A stretch of DNA of 53,200 bases, taken from contig DATCBW010000116.1 of NCBI GenBank assembly GCA_036511615.1, forward strand, positions 1-53,200. Reading direction: 5' to 3'. Under the pieces are notes generated by a model that did not search any database, had not been told where the DNA came from, and saw only the letters and a list, made by a program, of their open reading frames with translations. Numbering within the stretch: the first letter of the stretch is position 1; each line of letters begins with the position of its first letter. The position numbers and the translations under genes are program-made. Shown here piece after piece: positions 7,547-15,682 of this stretch. Source of the stretch: Verrucomicrobiia bacterium (GTDB taxonomy: Bacteria; Verrucomicrobiota; Verrucomicrobiia; Limisphaerales; UBA11358).

Positions 7547-8867
7547 CGCGCCGTTCAACGGTTCGGACCAGCTCATGCGCGGGTTCGATTACGAACTGCG
7601 CCGGCACGGTTTCGCGGGCAACCAGTGCCAGATCATCCTCGAACTCGCTGGCGAAATTTCGCCGCCGGTTCTACAGCGCCGCCTTGCTGCGATGCAAAAG
7701 GAATTTCCGATTCTTAACGCACGTATCGGAAAAATTTTCAGGCCAAAATGGAAAATTCCGGCGGACGCCGGAAAGGAAATTCCAGTCCGTGTTCACCGCG
7801 ACTCACCAAGCCTGCGCCAGGAACTTTTCAACGAACCGCTCTGCGTCAGACGCGGCGAGCTGGTGCGTTTCGATTTGATTGAGCTTCGTAGCGGCGACTC
7901 GGCAGAGCGCCGCACTTCATCAGATGACGGCTTTCCGTCGAAAACCGCTACGCCGGCAAAAGCGGATTTGATTTTCACCTGGACGCATCTGCTGATGGAC
8001 GCCACCTCCGCCGAACATTTTCTCACTGCCGTCAGCGATGACAAAATTGTTTTGCCCCAAGCCAATCCACAGCCGCCGGGCGCGCCGGTAAAATGGCCGG
8101 AACGTTTCGAGCTGATGAAAAAATCCGTCGAGCAGCTCGACAAATTTTGCGAGCAACAACCGCGCGCGTTGAAAACCCGGCACGCCGGCGCGCCGCGCGA
8201 ATTGCAGTATCGCGTCGAGCAATTTTCGGCCGAGGAAACCGCGCGCGTCCGCGCCAATGGCACGCGGCTCTGCGGCGCGCTCGGCGGCGCGCAGTTTCAC
8301 GCCATTGTCGCCGCGCTCGAATTGCATCGTCTGCACCAGAAACTCGGCACCATGACCAAAAGTTATATTTTGCCGATGCCCGTCGGACTGCGACCCAAAG
8401 GCCGCATTGAACCGCTGTTCAGCAACCAGGTGGACATGCTCATGATGCAGTTTTTGCCGGAGCATCTGGAGTCGGTGGAGAAGGCCGTGACCGCGCTCAA
8501 GGCGCAGACGGCGCAGGCGCTCCGCGAAAATTCCATCAGCTACGGCCGCAAGCTTTCGGAACTGTTCAGCTTCCTGCCGCTCCCGATTTACATGGCCGTG
8601 CTGAAACACGGATTGAAGGGCGAAATCTGCTCCATTTTTTTTGGCGACACCGCCAACGTGAATCCGAAGCTGGAAAATTTTCTCGGCGTAAAGGTGGAAA
8701 ATTTCACGCATCTCGCCGCCGTTACGCCGTCGCCCGGTCTCGGCGTGATCTTTTATTATTTCCGCGGCGGGTTGCGCCTGTCGGTCGTTCACGCCAAAAC
8801 TGTTTTGGGCGAAGGCGAAGCGGCTGAATTTGCAATCGCACTCCGCCAGCGGCTCCTGAACCCATGA
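7536..8867 (+). CDS. HxxxD acyltransferase-like protein (condensation / wax-synthase-like superfamily candidate), paralog 1
   Basis: 443 aa. It overlaps the ACP gene by 11 nt. The motif WTHLLMDATSAEHF has H at 7986-7988 and D at 7998-8000. It is a clear paralog of 11816..13084. The family assignment is by motif only. Confidence 0.5.
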   Translation: MKNSAPFNGSDQLMRGFDYELRRHGFAGNQCQIILELAGEISPPVLQRRLAAMQKEFPILNARIGKIFRPKWKIPADAGKEIPVRVHRDSPSLRQELFNEPLCVRRGELVRFDLIELRSGDSAERRTSSDDGFPSKTATPAKADLIFTWTHLLMDATSAEHFLTAVSDDKIVLPQANPQPPGAPVKWPERFELMKKSVEQLDKFCEQQPRALKTRHAGAPRELQYRVEQFSAEETARVRANGTRLCGALGGAQFHAIVAALELHRLHQKLGTMTKSYILPMPVGLRPKGRIEPLFSNQVDMLMMQFLPEHLESVEKAVTALKAQTAQALRENSISYGRKLSELFSFLPLPIYMAVLKHGLKGEICSIFFGDTANVNPKLENFLGVKVENFTHLAAVTPSPGLGVIFYYFRGGLRLSVVHAKTVLGEGEAAEFAIALRQRLLNP

Positions 8868-8893
8868 TGCAAGCGCGACTAAAAATTAAGACT

Positions 8894-9039
8894 GGGAGCG
8901 CACGCGTCCCGCGTGCTGTTTTCGGCGTCACGCCAAAAACTCGTTTCACTGACTTTCAAAAGTGAAAGGCGTTGAATCAAATATGTTGAACAAAAATCCG
9001 GCGCGACGCCGGATTGGGCACGCGGGACGCGTGCGCTCC
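8894..9039. repeat. about 145-bp palindromic intergenic element (inverted pair of GGAGCGC-hairpin units)
   Basis: 8895-8916 (ggagcgcacgcgtcccgcgtgc) is the perfect reverse complement of 9018-9039. Each arm is itself a 7-bp-stem hairpin (gcacgcg/cgcgtgc). Inner small hairpins are ggcg-tca-cgcc and ccggcg-cga-cgccgg. Confidence 0.85.
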
Positions 9040-9050
9040 AAGTTCTTGAG

Positions 9051-10124
9051 ATGAGCGAAAAATTTGACATCGCCGTCATCGGCAGCGGCGCGGCGGGCAT
9101 CGCCGCCGCAGTTTGCGCCGCACGCGCGGGCGGCAACGTGTTGCTGCTCGACAAAAATCCGTCGCCCGGCGGCACCGGCGGCTTCAGCGGCCTGACCACG
9201 CTTTGCGGGCTTTACGACGACGCGGGGGATTTTTTGAATGACGGTTTCGCCCGCGAATTTGCCACGGCGATTGCCGAAACCGCACCTTTGAAAACCGGAC
9301 GGCTTTGGGTGCTGCCGTATCGCCCGGAAAAATTCCGTGGTGTGGCCGAAGATCTTTTTGCCGCCAGCTCAAACCTGCAAACGCGTTGGAACACGCCGCT
9401 CGAAAATGTCGTTGTCGAAAATGGCCGGATCGTATCGCTGACCGGTTTTCAAGTCGGAGCAGTGATTGATTGCAGCGGCACGGCGGAAGTCGCGCGGGCC
9501 GTTGGCGCGGAATGTCTGGAAACGGATGAATCCACTCAAGCGCCGGCCGTGGTATTTGCGCTGCGCTGCGTGACGCGGGAGATCAATTCGCCCGCCGATG
9601 CCGCGCGCATTCTGCTGCCGGTCATCCGTGCGGGCTTTCCCGTGCTGAATTTCCATTTCAACCTCGAAGCCGGCGGCATCACCGCAAAATTTTCCGGCTC
9701 GCCGGAACAGGTGCCGGCGCTTATCGAATTTTTGCGCAAAAACGTGCGTGGCTTTGAAAATTGCGTGTCGCCGCAGAAGGAATTTTCCGTTTCGCGCCGC
9801 GCGGGCCGGATGATTGTCGGCGAATATGTTTTAACTGGCGCGGACGTTCTGGGCGCGAATAAATTTCCGGACGCCGTGGCGCGCTGCGCGTGGCCGATTG
9901 AACAATGGAGCGCGGACGGCAAAACGAAATTGCGCTGGCTGCCGCCGGGCGAACATTACGAAATTCCCGCGCGCTCGCTGCGGGCGGCGAAAATCAAAAA
10001 TCTTTTCATGGCCGGCAAGACCATCAGCGCCGACATGGACGCGATCGCCAGCGCACGGGTGATGGGTTGTTGTCTGGCGACGGGTGAAGCGGCGGCAAAA
10101 TTGGCTGCAACGTCTATGCGGTAG
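9051..10124 (+). CDS. FAD-dependent oxidoreductase (FAD_oxidored-like)
   Basis: It has an N-terminal dinucleotide-binding motif DIAVIGSGAAGIAAAVCAARAG..LLLDK and a C-terminal ..GKTISAD..ASARVMG.. typical of this flavoprotein group. Confidence 0.65.
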   Translation: MSEKFDIAVIGSGAAGIAAAVCAARAGGNVLLLDKNPSPGGTGGFSGLTTLCGLYDDAGDFLNDGFAREFATAIAETAPLKTGRLWVLPYRPEKFRGVAEDLFAASSNLQTRWNTPLENVVVENGRIVSLTGFQVGAVIDCSGTAEVARAVGAECLETDESTQAPAVVFALRCVTREINSPADAARILLPVIRAGFPVLNFHFNLEAGGITAKFSGSPEQVPALIEFLRKNVRGFENCVSPQKEFSVSRRAGRMIVGEYVLTGADVLGANKFPDAVARCAWPIEQWSADGKTKLRWLPPGEHYEIPARSLRAAKIKNLFMAGKTISADMDAIASARVMGCCLATGEAAAKLAATSMR

Positions 10125-10183
10125 GACAGCCGTCGCGGCTGTCTCATTCTGAAAGTCAGAGACAGGCGCGACGCCGGTCCTAC
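10125..10183. repeat. two GC-rich hairpin units directly after the oxidoreductase stop (REP-like; possible terminator)
   Basis: The first is gacagcc-gtcgc-ggctgtc (10125-10143). The second is gacaggcg-cga-cgccggtc (about 10161-10179). There is no T-tract, so intrinsic-terminator function is doubtful. Confidence 0.5.
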
Positions 10184-10205
10184 ACTTTTGAGGACGAGCA
10201 GGATT

Positions 10206-11456
10206 TTAGCGAATCATCATCGCCTCCGGATTTTCCTGTTTCGCGCTGTAATTGACCACCCAGCGCAACATGCCGAGGCTGAAGTTGGAGTTGGACGCCG
10301 CGCCGGTAAAAACTTTGGCGAAATGGTTTCGATACCAAGGCGACATGAGCCGCACCCAGGGATATTTCATTTCCATCCGTTCGCCGACGACGACGGAATT
10401 GAACAGCCGTCCGTCGTAGAAATACTCCGCGATCTCATGCCAGCATTGCAAGTGATGCGTGTTTTCCTGCTCGTAACGCTTGAACGCGCTTTCCGAGCCT
10501 TTGCCAATGGCTTCGGCCAGCAGCACCGCACCCTCCATCCCGGTGAGCAGGCCGCTGGAAAACACCGGGTCCACAAATCCCGCCGTGTCGCCGACCAGCG
10601 CCCAGTTGCCGCCGAACATCCGTTCCGACACGAGCTGGTAGTTCGTGTATTCCAGCACCGGCGTCAGGCGTTTCGCCTCGCCCGCGACTTTCATCAGGAC
10701 GGAATCCTGTTTCAGCAAATTATCGAAGCGTTCCTCCTTCGTCGCGCCGAATTTCGGCAAATGTTCCGAGCCGATGACCATGCCGACGGAAACGCGGCCC
10801 GGCAACGGAATCCGCCAGCTCCAGCCGTGATCGAGCCGCGTTGTGTGAACGTGGCCTTCGTAATCGAGCGCCGTGCGGTCAACGTGCGCAAACAGCGCCG
10901 CGTCCTTGCGCCCGCCTTCGCGCGCAGAAATGCCGAGCAATTTCGGCAACAGCCGCACGCGGCCCGTCGCGTCCACAATCAAATCCGGCTGGCCAGAGAA
11001 GAAATTTTCCGTGGCGGCGAGCGATGCCTCGCTCAACCTGACGTTCTCCGTGCCGGGAATTTTTTCCACGTTCGCCGGGGCTTCGATTATTTTCGCGCCC
11101 GCCTTGCGCGCTGCGGCCAGAATCGTGTCGTCGAACTTGTCGCGCGGCACGTTGTAGGCGTAGGTCGGCAGCGGTCCGCGGATGTTGGCGAACGGAAAGG
11201 AAAAATTTACCGACTCGCTCAAATTGATCGTCGCGCCGGGCTTGAGGAGACTATAGCCGCGCACTTCGTCCTCCACGCCGAGCTGCCGCAAAATTGGGAT
11301 GATGGCCGGCACGAGCGATTCGCCGACAATGATCGGCGCGCGCTTGGGCAGATGAAAAATGGCGGTGCGGATTTTTTGCCGCGCGAGCAGCGTCGCGAGG
11401 GTGCCCGCCGCCGGTCCGCCGCCGAGGATGGCCACGGTTCTGATTTTGCCGTTCAT
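10206..11456 (-). CDS. flavin-dependent halogenase (paralog 1)
   Basis: 416 aa. Motifs: GxGxxG (ILGGGPAAG), PKRAPIIVGESLVP (lysine plus GES motif, as in carrier-protein/phenol-type halogenases) and WxWxIP (WSWRIP, 10806-10823 on the minus strand). Confidence 0.7.
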   Translation of the reverse strand: MNGKIRTVAILGGGPAAGTLATLLARQKIRTAIFHLPKRAPIIVGESLVPAIIPILRQLGVEDEVRGYSLLKPGATINLSESVNFSFPFANIRGPLPTYAYNVPRDKFDDTILAAARKAGAKIIEAPANVEKIPGTENVRLSEASLAATENFFSGQPDLIVDATGRVRLLPKLLGISAREGGRKDAALFAHVDRTALDYEGHVHTTRLDHGWSWRIPLPGRVSVGMVIGSEHLPKFGATKEERFDNLLKQDSVLMKVAGEAKRLTPVLEYTNYQLVSERMFGGNWALVGDTAGFVDPVFSSGLLTGMEGAVLLAEAIGKGSESAFKRYEQENTHHLQCWHEIAEYFYDGRLFNSVVVGERMEMKYPWVRLMSPWYRNHFAKVFTGAASNSNFSLGMLRWVVNYSAKQENPEAMMIR

Positions 11457-11612
11457 GTTGCGGAGGGAGCTTAATGGCCGGCGGCGATGAAAACAATTTC
11501 GGAAATTGCCGGAGCGCGAGTTGTCCCAACTCGCAGCGCTTCCGACCGGGCTGGCCGCTGCGGATTGGGAACAATCCGCGTTCCGGCAAAAAAATCGTCG
11601 CTTCGAGGTGGT

Positions 11613-11711
11613 GTCCTAATTTGCGGGGCGCGGCATTTATGCCGCTTCAGCACCCGCATTGATTTGATTGTTGAAGCGGGCTGAAGCCCGCGCTCCGAGT
11701 TGAATTAGGTC
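11613..11711. repeat. palindromic intergenic element (inverted pair of CGGRGCGCGG-hairpin-GCTTCA units)
   Basis: The outer arms are gtcctaatt and aattaggtc. The inner units are cggggcgcgg-catttatg-ccgcttca and the reverse-oriented tgaagcgggctgaagcccgcgctccg. Confidence 0.6.
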
Positions 11712-11815
11712 AACTACCCGCTTCGAGACCGGATTGACAATGCTGGCGAGGCTACTAACCTGTTCGCAGCTTCTGACATGAACATCTGCACCTGCGGGTT
11801 CCACATTTCGGTTCG

Positions 11816-13084
11816 ATGAACGCTGACCGGCCACTCGACGGCTGCGATTACTTGATGCTCGCCTTCGACCACGAGTTGCGGCGTCATGGCTATGCGGGCA
11901 ACTCCTGCCAGATCATCCTCGAACTGGCTTCCGCGATTTCACCCGACGCACTGCGCCGACGGCTCGACGCGCTGGCCGGGCAATGTCCGGTTCTGGGCGC
12001 GCGCGCCACGGGCGTCATCCGGCCCCGATGGAAAATTCCCGCCAAAGCCACAGCCCCCAAAGTCCGTGTTCACCGTGAAGATGCGGAACTTTTAACCCGT
12101 CTGATCAACGAGCCGTTGGACGTGGAGCGCGGCGAACTGGCACGCTTCGACCTCATCGAAGTTGACGGCGGCCGGATGCGCGTCATTTTTACCTGGGCGC
12201 ACGCCTTGATGGACGCACACAGCGCGGAACATTTCATCGCCGTCGCTGGCCGCAACGAATTGCCGCTGCCGGCGGCGGACTTTATTCCATTGAAAAAACC
12301 GCAGATGCCCTTGAAGGCGCGGCTGAAGGGCACCTGGAAAAATCTCCGTGCCTATCATGAATTCCGCAACGTCGCGCCGCGTTCGCCTGGACGGCGTCAT
12401 CCCGTCGCGCCGAAACAACAACTGTTCCGCGTGGAAAAGTTTTCCGCCGCCGAATCCGCGCAGGTTCGCGCCCACGCCACGAAGCTGGCCGGCGTGTTCG
12501 GCGAGGCGCAATATCACGCCGCCGTCGCCCTCATCGAACTGCAAAAGTTCCAGCAGCAACTCGGCTGCCCCAGCCCCAGTTTCGTTTTGCCCGTGCCGGT
12601 CGGAATGCGGCCCAAGGGCAACGTCGAACCGCTTTTCAGCAACCAGGTCACGTCGCTGCTGCTCCAGCTTCTGCCCGGCCAGTTGGAATCCGTCGCCACC
12701 GCCGTTGCCACTCTCAAAAGCCAGACCGCGCACGCGATGCGTGAGGGCATCGTGGAAGGCTGCGCGTTCTTCACGGATTTTTTGCGGGTGGTGCCGCGCC
12801 CGGCCTACATGGCGTTCATGCGGCATGGCTTGAAAGGAGAAATTTGCTCGTTGTTCTACGGCAACACCGCCGCCGTCAGCCCGCTCGTCACCACTTTCCA
12901 CGGCGCGGCCATCGAGGATTTCACCCACAACGCCGCCGTGCCGGAACTTCCAGGACTAGGCGTCATCTTCTACCAGTTTCGCGGCGAACTGCGCGTCACC
13001 ATCGCGCATTTGGCCGAGACGCTGGATGAAAGCGAGGCCGCGCAGTTCGCCTCGGCCTTGCGCGCCCGGCTGCTTAACCCATGA
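11816..13084 (+). CDS. HxxxD acyltransferase-like protein, paralog 2
   Basis: 422 aa, alignable end to end with 7536..8867. Both start ..DxLMxxFDxELRRHGxAGNxCQIILEL.. and both end ..ALRxRLLNP. The motif WAHALMDAHSAEHF has H at 12200-12202. Confidence 0.5.
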   Translation: MNADRPLDGCDYLMLAFDHELRRHGYAGNSCQIILELASAISPDALRRRLDALAGQCPVLGARATGVIRPRWKIPAKATAPKVRVHREDAELLTRLINEPLDVERGELARFDLIEVDGGRMRVIFTWAHALMDAHSAEHFIAVAGRNELPLPAADFIPLKKPQMPLKARLKGTWKNLRAYHEFRNVAPRSPGRRHPVAPKQQLFRVEKFSAAESAQVRAHATKLAGVFGEAQYHAAVALIELQKFQQQLGCPSPSFVLPVPVGMRPKGNVEPLFSNQVTSLLLQLLPGQLESVATAVATLKSQTAHAMREGIVEGCAFFTDFLRVVPRPAYMAFMRHGLKGEICSLFYGNTAAVSPLVTTFHGAAIEDFTHNAAVPELPGLGVIFYQFRGELRVTIAHLAETLDESEAAQFASALRARLLNP

Positions 13085-13155
13085 CGCCCGCGCGGCCTGG
13101 CGGAAAGCAAAGCGGCTGGCCTTGCGGCTGCATGATGGTTAAACTGCCGGCGCAC

Positions 13156-14376
13156 ATGGCAAAGCACAGTTTTGAACAGGCCTGGCCTGCGGCGTTTCAT
13201 TACGCAAAAAAATACTCGCCGTTTTACCGCGAAACATTTCGCGGTCTCAAGGGCGTGCTGCGACTGGAAGACCTTCCGACGATTGACAAAAAAGTCTTGT
13301 CAGAGCGCAATCTGGATTTCCTCTGTGTGCCGCGCCGGCAAATCGCCGAAATCGTCACGACCAGCGGCACCACCGGCAAGCCGCTGCTGTGGATGCTGAC
13401 CGAGACCGACGTGAAACGGCTGGCGGTGAACGAAAAAATTTCCTTTGAGTGCGCCGGCCTCACGCCGCGCGACACGGTGCTCGTCGCCGTTTCGCTCGAC
13501 CGCTGCTTCATCGCCGGCCTCGCTTATTGGCAAGGTTTGCGCGAACTCGGCTGCGCCGTTGTGCGTGTCGGTGCGTCGTCTTCGATGCTCGTTTTGGAAA
13601 TGATCGAGCGCATTCAGCCAACGGCCATCGTCGCCGTGCCGTCGTTCCTGCGCGTCATCGCGGAGAAAGCACGCGAGACAAAATTCAATTTGAAAAATTG
13701 TTCCGTCACAAGGGCGGTCTGTATCGGCGAACCGATTCGCGACAGTTCATTTGCCTTGAACGCCTCCGGGCGCGTGATTGAAAAGGCGTGGGGCGCAAAA
13801 GTGTTTTCCACTTACGGCGTCACCGAGCTTGCCAATTCGCTTTGCGAGTGTGACGCAGGCAGGGGCGGGCATCTGCACGACGAACAACTGCACCTGGAAA
13901 TTCTCGACGATGCCGGAAACATTTTGCCCGACGGCGAAGTCGGCGAGGCGGTGGCGACGACGTTCGGTGTCGAGGCAATGCCGCTGATCCGCTACCGCAC
14001 CGGCGATTGCGCGGCGATCTTTTCAGCGAAATGCCGTTGCGGACGACGGACGCCGCGGCTCGGCCCGATTGTCGGGCGCAAAAACCAGAAGTTGAAACTC
14101 AAGGGCACGTCGCTGTTCCCTTCGACACTACAGGCGGTTTTGGAACAAGCCGCCGGCGTGGAAAATTTCGTCATCATCGCGCGGAAGGAAAATGAGCTTT
14201 CCGATTCGGTCGAGGTGTTGATTCGCGGCAGCGCGAAGGCGGCGGCGTTGCGCGAGGCGATTCAGGCGCGGGCAAAAATCGCGCCGCAGATCCGCCATGG
14301 GTCGTCGTCGGAAATTGAAAAGCTGCAACTGCCGCCGGACGCGCGGAAACGGCGGACGTTTGTGGATTTGAGATGA
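13156..14376 (+). CDS. PaaK / coenzyme F390 synthetase-like adenylate-forming ligase
   Basis: Motifs TTSGTTGKP, YGVTE and RYRTGD are typical of phenylacetate-CoA-ligase-like enzymes. The start is uncertain. I prefer MAKHSF.. at 13156, and 13081 and 13132 remain possible. Confidence 0.7.
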   Translation: MAKHSFEQAWPAAFHYAKKYSPFYRETFRGLKGVLRLEDLPTIDKKVLSERNLDFLCVPRRQIAEIVTTSGTTGKPLLWMLTETDVKRLAVNEKISFECAGLTPRDTVLVAVSLDRCFIAGLAYWQGLRELGCAVVRVGASSSMLVLEMIERIQPTAIVAVPSFLRVIAEKARETKFNLKNCSVTRAVCIGEPIRDSSFALNASGRVIEKAWGAKVFSTYGVTELANSLCECDAGRGGHLHDEQLHLEILDDAGNILPDGEVGEAVATTFGVEAMPLIRYRTGDCAAIFSAKCRCGRRTPRLGPIVGRKNQKLKLKGTSLFPSTLQAVLEQAAGVENFVIIARKENELSDSVEVLIRGSAKAAALREAIQARAKIAPQIRHGSSSEIEKLQLPPDARKRRTFVDLR

Positions 14377-14402
14377 GGACGTATGGCAAATCCATTTTTG
14401 AG

Positions 14403-14546
14403 GGGAGCGCAGCCGCCCCGGCTGCGGTTCGGTGCGCCCTCGCGCCGAACATGAACGTGGTTACACCAATCAAACAAAATTCATCGCCGTCGCACAATGC
14501 CGACGACGAGGGCGTCGCCGGCTGCGCCCGAGGCGGGCGCGCTCCC
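14403..14546. repeat. about 144-bp palindromic intergenic element, same terminal signature as 8894-9039
   Basis: The left end is gggagcgc plus the hairpin gcagcc-gcccc-ggctgc (14403-14425). The right end is the hairpin gcgcccg-agg-cgggcgc plus gctccc (14524-14546), which is an inverted GGGAGCGC terminus. Confidence 0.7.
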
Positions 14547-14563
14547 TATTTTCAATTCCACGA

Positions 14564-15682
14564 ATGAAATTTTGCATCCTCATTCCGTGCTACAACCATC
14601 CGACGACGGTGGCTGCCGTCGTGCGCGACGCGCAGAAATTCTGTCCGGTCATCGTGGTGGACGACGGCTCGACGCTGCCGCTGCCGGAATTGTCCGACTG
14701 CGAAATCATCCGGCTCGCGCAAAATACCGGCAAAGGCGCGGCCTTGCGCGCGGGCTTTCAACGCGCGCTGGAACTCGGTTGCACTCACGCCATCACGATG
14801 GACGCGGACGGCCAGCATTTCGCCGAGGATTTGCCGAAGTTTCTCGAAACGGCCAAAGTGCAGCCCGAAAGTTTGATCGTCGGCGTCCGCGATCTGGCGG
14901 CGGCGGGTTGTCCGGGGCATCGCCAGCGGTCCAATGCCGTCTCCGCCTTTTGGTTTCGCGTCGAGACTGGCGTGCCATTGCGCGATACGCAGTGCGGTTT
15001 CCGCTGTTATCCGCTCGCGCTGGCCAAAAATCTAAAAACGAAATCCGGCCGCTACGCTTTTGAACTGGAATTCATGGTGCGCGCGTCGTGGATTGGCACG
15101 CCCATCGTCGCCGTGCCGGTGAAATGCACTTATGCCGATGGCATTCGCAATTCACATTTCCGTCCGGTCGTGGACCTGGCCCACATCACCACGATGAACA
15201 TCGGGCTGGTGCTGCAATCGTGGTTTGTGCCGCGCTCGCTGCGCACGGAATGGTCGCTCGGCATCAAAACCACGCGGCGGCACACGCTTCACGAAGTTTT
15301 TTCTGAAAACGCGCACGAGCCGGGAAAGCTGGCGCTGGCCGTCGGGCTGGGATTGTTTTTCGGCATCGTGCCGATCTGGGGCATCCAGATGTTGACGGTC
15401 GCCGTGGTGGCGCACTGGCTGCGCTTGAACAAAGTCATCGCGCTCATCGTCAGCAACATTTCGCTGGGGCCGGGCGCGGTCGTCATCACCGTTGCGGCGG
15501 TCGTGCTTGGCCACTGGATGTTCACCGGCGAACGGCTGCCGATTCCGCCGCCGGTTGATTTTTCCAAGACCCGTGAATACCTCGTGCAATGGCTGGTCGG
15601 CAGCCTGGTGCTGGCCGTCATCGTGGCCATTCTCGGAACCATCACCGCCTATTTCGGTGCGCGACTGCTGAGGCGAAAATGA
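14564..15682 (+). CDS. family 2 glycosyltransferase fused to a DUF2062-like membrane domain
   Basis: I prefer the ATG at 14564 (MKFCILIPCYNH..). The GT2 features are VVDDGS and MDADGQH. The C-terminal about 130 aa is polytopic (..LAVGLGLFFGIVPIWGIQ..). The track start at 14432 would read through the repeat element. Confidence 0.75.
   Translation: MKFCILIPCYNHPTTVAAVVRDAQKFCPVIVVDDGSTLPLPELSDCEIIRLAQNTGKGAALRAGFQRALELGCTHAITMDADGQHFAEDLPKFLETAKVQPESLIVGVRDLAAAGCPGHRQRSNAVSAFWFRVETGVPLRDTQCGFRCYPLALAKNLKTKSGRYAFELEFMVRASWIGTPIVAVPVKCTYADGIRNSHFRPVVDLAHITTMNIGLVLQSWFVPRSLRTEWSLGIKTTRRHTLHEVFSENAHEPGKLALAVGLGLFFGIVPIWGIQMLTVAVVAHWLRLNKVIALIVSNISLGPGAVVITVAAVVLGHWMFTGERLPIPPPVDFSKTREYLVQWLVGSLVLAVIVAILGTITAYFGARLLRRK

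Noticed and set aside
10206-11456. Calling the two FAD enzymes geranylgeranyl reductases or UbiH-type monooxygenases
   Set aside because: Both carry WSWRIP (WxWxIP) plus a Lys-containing PKRAPIIVGES segment, a combination characteristic of flavin-dependent halogenases. Confirmation still needs a profile or phylogenetic check.
10188-11474. 428-aa plus-strand ORF opposite halogenase 1, and the analogous 19823..20689 minus-strand ORF opposite halogenase 2
   Set aside because: The two shadow ORFs mirror each other only because the real genes are paralogs. The halogenase frames carry the GxGxxG and WxWxIP motifs.
8722-11659. Small ORFs lying in intergenic repeat elements (for example 8722..8949, 8879..9199, 11471..11659, 11474..11662, 45607..45837, 49584..49853)
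   Set aside because: They are translations of palindromic repeats. The same repeat read on both strands gives ORFs on both strands. No start context or coding periodicity is apparent.
13081-13155. ATG at 13081 (ATGA overlap with the HxxxD paralog 2 stop) as the start of the PaaK-like gene
   Set aside because: The same aacccatga sequence ends paralog 1 at 8859-8867, where no gene follows. The ATG is therefore a by-product of the conserved ..LLNP-stop ending. The encoded MTPARPGGKQSGWPCGC.. looks non-native. This start is kept as a possible alternative only.
14432-14563. Extended N-termini offered by the ORF track: 14432 for the GT2, 15589 for the fusion protein, 24491 for the C45 protein, 26673 for the deacetylase, 29099 for the ACP, 3587 for the permease and 2122 for the ATPase
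   Set aside because: Each extension would overlap the upstream gene substantially or read through a repeat element, and it encodes Arg/Pro-rich non-protein-like sequence. In every case an internal ATG or GTG sits at or next to the upstream stop (ATGA/GTGA coupling) and begins the recognisable domain.
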